Of a stretch of 64,000 bases of DNA, positions 1 to 11,065 are shown piece by piece. This DNA comes from Callorhinchus milii (lineage: Eukaryota), in the NCBI RefSeq assembly GCF_018977255.1, contig NW_024704743.1, forward strand, positions 105,340,001 to 105,404,000. The letters run 5' to 3'. Each line of letters opens with the position of its first letter. Position 1 is the stretch's first letter. A program made the position numbers and the translations under genes. The notes under the pieces are model-generated. The model had not been told where the DNA came from, did no database searches, and was given only the letters and a program-made list of their open reading frames with translations.

Positions 1-1342
1 ATGGCAAATACTGCAATTTATTTTACATCCATGTACCAGTAAACAATTCAGCATGTACATTTTACCAGACAAGTTTAAATCAATGCACAATGTATTGCAA
101 TGCACCATCCAAAAAGTTCAAATCAGCTACAAATCCATTGTTCTGTGAGATGTTCTCGATCAAACCACACCAAACTATACTGCTCAAGAGGAGTTCTTGA
201 CATCAGCCATTCATTGGGCATGGGCTCAATCCTAGACCTGTCACTTAACTGATGAACAGCAAGCAACAACATGTCAGGGTGGGAGGAAGACAAGCTAAGT
301 GGTATCTCTTGGAGGTTGAACTGTGATACACTTGGTGAAACAAAGTAAAGACAAGTCTATAATTTACATAGATTGGATTTTTTTAATACCTGAGCCAAGC
401 AGGTTTGTACTGTAAGTGCCTTGTAGTGATAACTTACATGGCTTTAGCTGGATCAATTCCAGCAGTACCCAAATACGCACCTGGGGCCCAAATGCCTTGG
501 CTTTGTCAACAACTCATATCAATGTTTGAGGCACAGGCAAGCAGGCTCTGTCCACATCCAGGAGAGAGCTTGGGCACTCCAGAACTGTCAAGGAGAAACT
601 CTGTTTCTGTGACTTCTCAGCAGCTCAAGTGAAGACTTATGCATGGCAGGGGAATCTGCTCGTCAGACTTCCTTGACAAAAATAAAAGTAAAAATACCTT
701 TGGAAAATGATTCCTATGGTATAGAGAAAATATTAAGCTCCAGCACCGAAAAAAGTTATTCATTCTTGAAGACAGGCTAAAAGGAAAACAATTATCAGGA
801 CTCCATTTAGGAAACTGATGATTATAGCATCGGAGGAGTGAAAAACCTAATACTTCTATAAATAGAACTTCGCTGTTCTTTCTATACTGTAATTAAATCA
901 ATTATATTTTTCTCCTAAAACAAGAATAATCTATTTTTAAAATACTAAATTGGTAGTAGAGCCAAACAGGAGGCAGAGCAAATGTGAATGCAATCAGAAG
1001 GATTTGGATCTTTTAGACAGCCAGTCTGGCAAGGCTTAATATGAGTAAGGGAAGGGGGAAAAAAAGGAAAAACAAGCAGGAACATATGCTAAGTTGAATA
1101 GACATACACAGCATTCTAATCAGAAAAAAATATCATTATAGATTATAAAAAATCAATGTATATTCTCAGTCCAATGGTTTGCTGCAGTAAAAAAAACAAA
1201 TAAGGTACTGAGTTGTCATGGCAGAGAACTAAGAGACCAAACAAAAATGTTTCATTCTTGCTGCACAACATATTGAACAGACAAACCCAGGAATATTGTA
1301 GATATCCTAATTTCAGGATGATTAAATTAGGAGTCCTGATTT

Positions 1343-1672
1343 GGAGTCCTGTAGCTCAGTAGACCTGGGTTCTATTCCCAGCAGGGGGAAATGTTGGGCA
1401 AGTTTTGTTACTCCCCAGCCTGTTTACCTAGCAGTTAGTAGGAACCCAGTTATTAGTCGATTGGAGGATCACTTTTCCAGAATTAATAATCCCTCAAAAA
1501 CAATAATAATTTGGTCACTCAATCCACCACCTGCTTGTCGGACGCTGCTGTGAACAATTGGCTTCTGTGTTTCGCTCACAAATAGTCAATTCACTTTACC
1601 GTATATTCTGTGAAGTTCTTTGAGATGTCCAGAAGACATGAAAAACATATCAAGTGCAAGGATTATTAATAT
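1343..1672 (+). mobile_element. Same SINE, long subfamily
   Basis: Carries the extra central GTTTACCTAGCAGT...GGAACCC...GTCGATTGG segment. Confidence 0.88.
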
Positions 1673-2104
1673 TAATTTTAACCTTCAAAGGCTACACAGA
1701 CAAATCAAGATTTTAGTTATTAGAATGGAGGATACAAGAAAGGGGTAAGGAAGTTAGGTGCGCTCCCTTTGAAAAACCTGAGAGATTTTCAAGAATATTA
1801 AGTTGACCATGAGGTTGCTCTTTGCAAAATGTGGACTGATGAGGTGGATCTGAGCAAAACATCGAATATTCTGACCTATTTCAAGCAAGTTAACAAAGGA
1901 ATTCAGGAGTAAGGAGAAAAGTCAAGTTGAACATTTTTACATAGGGCAAAAGATACAAGTACTAAGTTGCCAAGAAGGTATTGAAGCAGAATGCATAAAT
2001 AGGTTTAAGAATAGTGTTTCTGAAAGAATGAATTAAGAACTAATCAAAAAGGAAAACTTGGGACTCTAAAATGTCTTATTTTTATGAAATATAATCCAAC
2101 TTAC

Positions 2105-2289
2105 TTCAATCTGACTTGCAAGTTGTTTGCAAGTTCCTGCTTAGCGGTGGTACATTTCTGCTTAATATCCACCAGCTTCTTGTGGTTTGTTAACATAATC
2201 ATTAGCTGATTTGCATGACTCAGACATAAATCAGGAAGGACAGATGGATCTTTCAGATTTTCAGCTCTCTTCTGATTTGCTAAAAATCC
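2105..2289 (-). CDS. RB1CC1: RB1CC1 coding exon 7 (GFLANQKRAENLKDPSVLPDLCLSHANQLMIMLTNHKKLVDIKQKCTTAKQELANNLQVRLK). The gene continues beyond the window start.
   Basis: Manual translation. Acceptor CCACAG|GGA, donor AA|GTAAGT, 185 nt. Not in the ORF track. Confidence 0.97.
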
Positions 2290-3144
2290 CTGTGGGTTTA
2301 AAATAAGATGTTAAAATATACAAAATAAGTTACTTTTGAGAAAACTACAGAACGACCTTAACTTTTTTTCAAAAAAAAGTGAATGTACAATAGAGACTGG
2401 GTAGGCAAGCATTCAAAATGGGAGCGATGCACAGCTGAAAAGTAGTGAGGCACATTTTGATCTATTGAAGTCACAAGGTGAGGGTTTCATTTTGTACAAA
2501 CCGTCAATTATGGGATGTGTATTTTATTTGTAAAACATTTATTTTGTGATGTTCATTCAGTTTACTACAAAATATTTGGTGACTAAGTTCACATGAATTT
2601 ACCTGGATGAATTACTAATTAGCTGTAAAGAGACAATTTGGTGAAGATATTATGTGATGTGAATTTTAAAAATCACATTTACACCGAATAAACTTTTGTA
2701 AATAATACTTGCATTTGATATAGCACTTTTCACGTCTTTTAGACGTCTCAAAGGGCTTCAAATAAGATGTTAAAATATGCAAAATACCAAAATAAGAAGT
2801 TACTTTTGAGAAACACTGCCTTAAACTTTTTTTTAAAAAAGTCAATGTACAATAGTGAATTATGATAAAATATTCATATCACAGTTTAATTTAAGTTGTA
2901 CTAGACATTTAAAACACTGACATGTCACATAAATACACATGCCAAATCTAATTTTACAAAGCTTTCTTCCATAATCTCAATAGGAATTATTATGAACAAT
3001 TAACATTTAACCAAACTATTTACTACACAAAAAAATTACACTAGGTTTACAGAATGGAAAACAGCATGGAATGGATAAGAAGCTACCGTTTAAAATGCCC
3101 ACTTGTACAAAAAGGTAATTCGTTACTGGGTTCACAAAATTTTG

Positions 3145-3880
3145 ATATGAAACAGATAAATCTGGATTTCAGTAAGACCTTTGATACAGTTCCTTTTAAG
3201 ATGGTGGTGCTAGAAGTAAAAAAAGCGGGAATCAGTGGAGGTACATTACAATGGATACACAATTGGTTGATAGGAAGAACCCAGAGGGAATGTCATCAGA
3301 CTGGGCAAATGTTACCAGTGGAGTTCCAAAAGGGTCTGTTTTACAGTTCTGATGACGAAGTACAAAAAGGATATTAGAGAAATCGAGAAGGTACAGAGGA
3401 GGGCAACCAAAATGATTGAGAGAATGGAAGGATTGGACTATGAGGAGTGACGAAGTAAACTGGGCATGTTCACACTGGAAAGGAAAAGATTGAGAGGCGA
3501 CATGATTGCTGTCTTTAAAATTCTAAAGGGGCCAGACAATCAGAAGGGGCCGTACATCATAATGTTTCAACTTATCCAGAATAGTAAAACCAGAGGATAC
3601 AGCCTACGATTGAAGTGGGGTAAATTCAGAATGAATCTACGCAAATACTATTTCAGTGAGCGAATAGTGAACTTGTGGAACAGGATCCCCAGGGAGACGG
3701 TTGAAGCAGGAAGTGTTGATTCTTTCAAACACAGAATAGACTGTTTTCTTTTAGAAAATAACATTATGGGATATAGTACATAGATCGTTTGGGACATATC
3801 TGCATGCAACTGTCAGGAAGGTGGAAGGCGAACGAGATGGACCTTGGTCTTTTGTCGTCTGGCATTTCTTATGTTCTTAT
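3145..3880 (+). mobile_element. CR1-clade LINE 3' fragment
   Basis: LDFSKTFDTVP, LERKRLRGDMIAVFKILKG, YFSERIVNLWN; TTCTTATGTTCTTAT tail. Confidence 0.9.
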
Positions 3881-4676
3881 ATAAAAAGTCACTACAATCC
3901 AAACTTGCTGGGAAAAGGACTCATACACACACGAGATATAACATGCAACACACTTAGCAGTAAAACAGCAAAACCTAATGGTGCACATTTTCACAACTTA
4001 CCTTTTTACTTTGTATTATAAAGTCAGCAATGCCATCTACTGGTAGTAGTTGCACTTTAATACTGGTTTTAAAAAGGTAAGATCTGTAGCACTGAGTTAA
4101 CTGAATGCTTATATGATACGCAACTGTTTTTTTGTGGTAGAATCATTTTATACAACATTACAACAAGTTCTGTGACAACTTCAAATTGCAACAAGTATAC
4201 TTTGGATCAATATGGACAGATCCTTAATGTTATAGCAGTTCTATATACTGGCCTAATAATCAAGTTCTTCACAGCAGTTTTATAAATAGAACCATTTACT
4301 GCCTCAAATAAATTCCCTGAGGGATAAAAACTCAGTATATTTTGTTCTGAAAAATGATTACAGTTGTCAATCTGTGAACCATTAGCAGATGTCTAGACAT
4401 TGAAAGGATAACCACAGGCACTAAACATCACATTTGTGACATGTGTGGCACAGAACGCCTCGATTTTAATGCCTCGATTATCTTTCTTTAATTAAATGGA
4501 ACAAATTTTCCATAACTTCTTGAACTTTCATGAAGTGTAGCTTACCACATCTATACTCAATACTTTAAAGCAATTTCCTAATAAAAGCTATGTTACTAAA
4601 GTTGAATTACATCTCGACTTCTAGCAAACCCATTCTACCAAGTATTGTCCAAGGGAGGGACTTATTCCTGTGTCAC

Positions 4677-4847
4677 CTGAGCTAATTCTTTTTGTTCGTT
4701 TACCAGCCTATTGCAACTGGCTATCATCTGATCCAGAGCGTACAGTCGATCTTCAAGTCCCTTAATTGCTTTCATGTTCTGATTATCAAGTTTGGCAATT
4801 GTTTCGTGACACTCCAATAGAAATGGCTGAAGAATTCCTGGATCGAG
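4677..4847 (-). CDS. RB1CC1: RB1CC1 coding exon 6 (LDPGILQPFLLECHETIAKLDNQNMKAIKGLEDRLYALDQMIASCNRLVNEQKELAQ)
   Basis: Within ORF 4662..4901. Acceptor TTTCAG|CTC, donor CAG|GTGACA, 171 nt. Confidence 0.97.
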
Positions 4848-5784
4848 CTGAAAATACAGTGGAGGGAAAGAAGTGTCAAACCGTTTGTTGTAGAATGTCA
4901 AATTGAAATGTTTGATGCTGATGCTTAAATTGTAAACGTGTTATACTTCCCTCTTAATATAAATGAAAAATAGAAACATTGAAATTTACAGGTGGAGGCC
5001 ACTCAGCTTATCAAGCCTGCTGCACCAGGTCAGAGCAAGGATATTGCTTCAATCCCACCACCCGCTTTATTGCCACACCGCTTCAAACCCCTCCCTTTCA
5101 AATGCCTATCTACTTCCCTCCTGAAAGCTACAATGGAATCCACCTTCATCATCCTTCTTGGCAGGCCGGTCGGTCCACATGCCAACGTATCTTGGATGTG
5201 GTTAAGACTCAAATACTGTGCTGGGGATACAGGGGTATCCAGCACAGTATTTGGGTAGTGTTAACTACATCCAAGACAATGGGTTTAAAGTCCTGACACG
5301 AGCCTTAAACTCACAACCTTCTAATTCTGAGATGAGAGTGCTACCAACTGAAGCAGGCTGGCATCTTAAAAAACAGAGGTCAACAGGATTGCTATTTAAA
5401 TGTCTCATCCAAATGACTGCACGTTCAACAATACAGTACCGTCTCACTACTATATTACAGTGTCAGCCTAGATTATGATTAGAAATCTTAGTTTGGGGCT
5501 CAAATCCTCAACCTTCTAACTCAGAGGCAATTTTGTTATCAAATGAGCCAAACTCGCTTTTGAAAAACAAATTAGACACGCATATTCATAACCTAATGGT
5601 TAAAAAAAGCTTAGCCGACTTTTCTATACACAAAAATGTTTTTAACTTGTTTCCTTATTCAGCATATATTAGCTAGTATTATTTGCAGACTTCACATTGG
5701 TATGACAAATAGATCTAGCCATTCTATACATAGTTAATTTTGGTGGTTTTAGAGTAACAGACTCATCAAAATTAGGGGAATAAA

Positions 5785-6087
5785 AATAATCCTTGCATTT
5801 GATATAGTACTTTTCACATCTTTTAGACGTCTCAAAGCACTTCACAGAATAGACTGTAAAGTGAATTGACCGTATATTTGTGGGTGAAATGCAGCAGCCA
5901 ATTCCACACAGCAGTGTCCCACAAACAGTCGTGGATTGAAAAGGACCAATTTATTATTGTTTTGTTTGGAGGGATTATTATTAGGCGTGTGGAGTAAGGA
6001 AATTTGCCCAAGGTTTTATCCTGTCTGGAATTGAACCCAGGTCTCTAGCTTGCAAGGCGAGTGCTCCAACCAGAGCTACAGGATTCC
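5785..6087 (-). mobile_element. Same SINE, short subfamily
   Basis: Reverse complement of 7639-7950. Confidence 0.9.
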
Positions 6088-6388
6088 ACGGGAAGGGGAG
6101 CTCTATCCTAAGATTATATCATTGAGTAGCTAGCCTGCCACAATATTACACTTTGATTACTTAAAAAGAAAACCCCACAAATTTATACATTTCAAATGAA
6201 AGCAATTACAAAAATGTTTAAGGGTTATTAATTACCTAAAGAATAATACAAGACCGATATGCAAAGTTTATTTTAAATGAATCGATTTTAACACTGTGTT
6301 AAGTAGTTAAAGAAGGCAATTCACTATAAAACCTAAATTTGCCCAGAGCAGGCTTCAATCCCACTCAAAACAGAAAGCAATAACTTAC

Positions 6389-6791
6389 TCGGTTCATAGA
6401 GTCGAAGCATTTTCTGACCAGTGATTCCACATCATTTGGTCTATCTTGTACATTAATCCAATCCAGCAAGGAGACGTTAAAGAAAACCTGATCACCCACA
6501 TTAAATTCATCTCCTGCAGCATTTGGAGTCTTTTCTTCATTAACGTCTTTGTCCTCTCCGGATTGCTGAAAAACATTATCCTGCTCAGGATGTCCATATG
6601 ATGTCAAAGTAGAAGAGGGTGACTTTTTACCAACTATAGATTTAGCTTCATACAGTAATGAGCTATTGAACCTCTCAGCTTCAGTCTCTTCTCCAGGTAA
6701 TCTCAGTCTCTCCTGGCATTCCCGATAGCTGTGTCTCGTCAAACACTCCAAAAGTGGGATCTTGGCCATTACAGAGACTGCTGTGCCTAGA
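6389..6791 (-). CDS. RB1CC1: RB1CC1 coding exon 5 (LGTAVSVMAKIPLLECLTRHSYREC...FFNVSLLDWINVQDRPNDVESLVRKCFDSMNR)
   Basis: Conserved ends flank a divergent acidic/Ser-rich middle. Acceptor TTCAG|T, donor CGA|GTAAGT, 403 nt. Confidence 0.97.
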
Positions 6792-6844
6792 CTGAATTGA
6801 AAGCATGAAACAATACATTAATAACAAATTAACAAGTGAAGGGG

Positions 6845-7199
6845 CTTAGTAGTTAGAGCATTCGCCTTGCAAGCAAGAGGACCTGGGGTAGATTCCCAGG
6901 CGGTGCAAAATGTTGAGCAAGGTCCCTTACTCCACACACCTGTTCACCTAGCAGTAAATAGGAACCCGGTTATTAGTCGATTGGCGGATCACTTTTCTGG
7001 GGTAATAACCCCTTCAAAGAACAAATAATTAAAAAAATAATTTGGTCTCTCAACGCACAAGTGTTGTGGGACACTGCTGTGCGCAATTGGCTGCCGCGTT
7101 TTACCCACAAGACATGTAGTCAATTATTTTTGCGCTGTGAAGCACTTTGAGACGTCTCAAAACCGTGACAATGCGCTATATCAAAAGAAGGATTATTAT
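6845..7199 (+). mobile_element. Same SINE, long subfamily
   Basis: As for 1343-1672. Confidence 0.88.
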
Positions 7200-7202
7200 C
7201 AA

Positions 7203-7636
7203 CCCCAGTCTTGCCCAACTTCACTGGCTTCCCATCACACAGAGGATAGTTTAAGATCCTTGTCCCACCTTCAAAGCCCTCCACGGTCTTGCTCCCCTCT
7301 ACCTCTCCGACCTCCTACCATCCTGTTCGTTCCCTCCGCTCAGCGGACTCCGGCCTGGTTCACATCCCCACCTCACTCACCCCACTATTGGCGGGCAGGC
7401 CTTCCGCCACTCTGCACCCACCCTCTGGAACTCCAACCCACAGTCCATCCGTCTCGCCCCCTCCCTCGCTACCTTCAAGACCCATCTCAAGAGCTTCTTC
7501 GTCGACCATGCTTTCGATCTCCCTGCTTCCCCCCACCTTCTACCCTCCCCCACCCCAAACCCCAGCTCGGGTCCGTATATCTGTCTATCCTTGGGACATC
7601 TGGCTGACATGAAAGGCGTTATACAAAATGTAATTT
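7203..7636 (+). mobile_element. L2 3' fragment
   Basis: Similarity to 62720-63180; tail interrupted by a SINE. Confidence 0.88.
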
Positions 7637-7638
7637 GT

Positions 7639-7950
7639 GGAGTCCTGTAGCTCAGTGGTTAGAACACACTCGCCTTGCAAGTGAGACACCCGAGTTCAAT
7701 TCCAGGCAGGGCGAAACCTTGGGCAAGTTTCCTTACTCCACACGTCTAATAATAATCCCTCCAAAACAAAACAATAATAAACTGGTCCTTTTCAATCCAC
7801 GACTGTTTGTGGGACACTGCTGTGCGCAATTGGCTGCCACGTTTCGGCCACAAATATACAGTCAATTCACTTTGCAGTATATTCTGTGAAGCGCTTTGAG
7901 ACGTCGAGAAGACGTGAAAAGCGCTACATCAAATGCAAGGATTATTATTA
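7639..7950 (+). mobile_element. tRNA(Ala-TGC-like)-headed Deu-domain SINE, short subfamily, (ATT)n tail
   Basis: A box TAGCTCAGTGG, B box GAGTTCAATTCC, Deu-like TGTTTGTGGGACACTGCTGTGCGCAATTGGCTGCC, L2-like tail. Confidence 0.9.
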
Positions 7951-8044
7951 TAATTTTGTTGTTGTTATTAACAACAAATTATTTATATTGTCTTTCACAT
8001 CGGGTGGCTATTCCAAAGCACTGAATACAACTTGAATTTATACA

Positions 8045-9122
8045 AAAGGCAAAATACTGCAGATGCTGGAAATCAGGAATAAAAACTGAAGTCTCTGGGA
8101 ACACGCAGCATATCAGGGAGCATCCTTTTTTCCTCAGCCGAGAATTCCCCTCCACCGTGGTAGACAGCGCCCTCGACCATGTCTGTCCTATTTCCTGCAC
8201 TTGCCCTCACCCTTCCCCTATCCCTCCCAGAACTGTGATGGGGTTCCCCCTAGTTCTCACCTTCTACCAACCTCTACCCTCAACAGATAATCTTCTGTTG
8301 TTTTTCGCCAACTCCAGCATGATCCCACCACCAAACACATCTTTCCCTCCCCTCTCAGCATTCCAAAGGAACCACTCCCTCCATTACTCCCTGGATCACG
8401 CCTCCATTATCACTAACACCTGCTCTCCCTCCCGCAGCACCTTCCCAAGCCAGCGCAAGAGATTCAACACCTGCCTGTTCACCTCCACCCACACTACTAT
8501 TCTGGGCCCCAAACACTGCTTCTGGGTGATACAGTGATTTACATCTCCTTCCACCAAGTATCCGTGCTCACAATGTGGTCTCCCCTACATCAGGGAGACC
8601 AAATGCAGATTAGTTTATCACTTTACCAAGCACCTCCATTCTGTCCACAAGTGCAACCCAGAGCTTCTGGGCACTTGCTACTTTAATTTACTTTCGCACT
8701 CCCAACGTGACCTCTCTGTCCATGGCTTCCTATTCTGTTCCAAAGAAGTACAATGCAAGCTCGAGGAACAGCACCTCATCTACCGCCAAAGCATCTTACA
8801 GCCCTCTGGGCCTCATCATTGAGTTTAACTACTTGACTTTAACCACAGCTCCCATCTTCTCAGCCTGTCCTCCCCTCTTTTCTTTAAACATTGGCACATC
8901 CTCTGGATCTCAGACACATCGTTTCTTTCTCTAATCTCCCACTATTGCCTTATTTTGTCTTGCACCATAAACACCTCTGATATCTCATCACCTCCTATCC
9001 TCCACATATTTTTTTTCCTTTGTCTTTCTTTCCCCACCTCCTTCAGTTTGTCCTTATAAACTGCTCCCTTCCAACATCCCCCAGTTCTGAGGAAAGGTCA
9101 TTGACCTGAAACATTAACTCAC
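8045..9122 (+). mobile_element. Penelope-like element 3' fragment (GIY-YIG endonuclease remnant, pLTR) with an inverted terminal piece at 8045-8115
   Basis: Decayed LPYIRETKCRLVYHFTKHLHSVHK at about 8580-8650 (YIGET...RF.EH pattern); pyrimidine-rich 3' region ending in a hammerhead motif. Confidence 0.82.
9083..9119 (+). ncRNA. Minimal type-I hammerhead ribozyme motif in the Penelope pLTR (probably decayed)
   Basis: AGTT-CTGAGGA-A-AGGTC-ATT-GACCT-GAAAC-ATT-AACT: stem I, CUGANGA core, stem II, GAAA core. Confidence 0.7.
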
Positions 9123-9435
9123 TTTGAAGTATTATAGTAGCACATTGCTGAAAAGTTTGAAGCATTCCCACTTTGCCTTTACCAAATAACCATAGATTTT
9201 TGTACTGATGCACCAAATGATCCAGGATGCTACTCCGCGTGAAGGGCCCTTTATAAATGCAAGTTGTTGTTGTATAATGGATGGGGCTCTGGCAGCATTG
9301 CGGTCACATCTCCTCTTCCCAGATTTGTGGATAGTCTGCAGCCAGTATAAGGAAAAGCTGGTAAGTCCAGCCAGCAGGATATGTAGGCAAGCCTGGACAT
9401 GATGACAGCATAACCTGATGGCCAACTAATCGAAG

Positions 9436-9926
9436 GACTCTGCAGCCCGTGTCCTCTCCCGCACTAGGCTCCGCGACCCTATCATCCCCATCCTTGCCCA
9501 ACTCCACTGGCTTCCCATCACACACAGGATACAGTTCAACATCCTGGTCCTCACCTTCAATACCCTCCATGGTCTTGCTCCCCCCTACCTAACTCCCTCC
9601 CATCCTGATAGCTCCCTCCGCTCAGCAGACTCCGGCCTACTTCACGTCCCTTGCTTCGCTCGCCCCACTATTGGCGGGTGGGCCTTCCACCACTCTGCCC
9701 CCACCCTCTGGAACTCCATCCCACAGTCCCTCCACCTCGCCCCTCTCTTTCCACCTTCAAGACCCATCTCAAGACCCTCCTCTTCAACTGTGCTTTCAAT
9801 CTCCCTGCTTCCTCCCTTGCCCTCCACCCTCCCCGACTCCCAGCTCGGGTCCGAAACTCAAGTCTGTCCAGTGCCTTAGGACATCCTCCCGACATGAAAG
9901 GCACTTTACAAATGTAATTTTGTTGT
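9436..9926 (+). mobile_element. L2 3' fragment
   Basis: Similarity to 62660-63185. Confidence 0.9.
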
Positions 9927-10308
9927 CGACAACACTGATGCATACAACAGAGAAAATGTTGAATTATTCATTTGGTAAAGAGCAACATTACGCACATATT
10001 ACTGTATTGTCCTTTAATATACTTTTAGTACACTATGACTACTACTCCATTAACTAACCTCTGCAGAAGTGAAATTAGAATGTGGTTCCAATTTGATTTA
10101 AATGATTTAAGTTTTAAATGGAGTTCCAGCATAAAAAGATACCCTAAACAGTTGCCCCTTGACATAGTAGTTCATATCATGAAAGTTAGAATAATCATTT
10201 GCATTTATATAGAGCCCTTACGCCGGACAGCATCTCAGAGAACTGCCTCTTATATTAATAAGCCTGGGTTTTGTCGAATTAATACTACTACATTCATGCT
10301 TCACTTAC

Positions 10309-10511
10309 CTTGTGAGTTTTAGCTTAATATCTTCCACAGAATGCTCATAATGGTTATATGCATGTTCAAATTTTGTCAACAACTTTTGGAAAGAATAGGT
10401 GCAGTCCTCCAAATTAGCCATGATGGCAGCCCAGCCTTGATGCTGAAGATGTTCATCATGGACCAGTCGTTCACAGAACGCGCAAAGTTTCTTTGCAACT
10501 TCATACATCTC
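10309..10511 (-). CDS. RB1CC1: RB1CC1 coding exon 4 (EMYEVAKKLCAFCERLVHDEHLQHQGWAAIMANLEDC...KLKLT)
   Basis: Within ORF 10305..10508. Acceptor GATAG|GAG, donor AG|GTAAGT, 203 nt. Confidence 0.97.
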
Positions 10512-11065
10512 CTATCCCAGAAATGAAAGCATAAACAGAACAAGTGAACTTACCTCCATGACAAATTCAGTATAAACAATACATTATAATTCTCAAATAA
10601 TTCTACAAATATATTGGTAATGGACTAGATTTAGAAACACTGAACAGTAATTATAAATTAGTAAACAACAACAGGAATTACAAATTAAAATTTCTGACAA
10701 TTTATAACTGACCAGCATGAAATAGTCAATTAATCACTTACATTTGTGCAATTTTTCTAAAAAAAACTTAGTCCAATATGTAACTTACAAAATTTACATT
10801 TGATTTTTATACTATATATTTAATAATTTAGGAATGTTACTCCTTCCTTCCTTAAGTAGGGCATTTCATATTCAGAACTGTGGTCCAATAGAATTAAAAT
10901 AAAAGACAAAATTAAAAATGCTAGAACTTAGATCTTGAATATTGAGTTGAAGTTAAATGTTGGAGAAGTTAGCATTCAACAAAACACATCTTGCTTCCAC
11001 AAATGTTGGCAACATAAAAAATGATATAATAAAATAAAACTGTATTCACAAGCCAAATACTTGTG

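Noticed and set aside
1..2100. Next RB1CC1 exon (WCCFVMLHADQDGEK-like)
   Set aside because: Not found on the minus strand; presumably left of the window.
7639..7715. tRNA-Ala(TGC) gene (and the similar heads elsewhere)
   Set aside because: These are SINE heads: the acceptor stem does not pair and each continues into the SINE body and tail.
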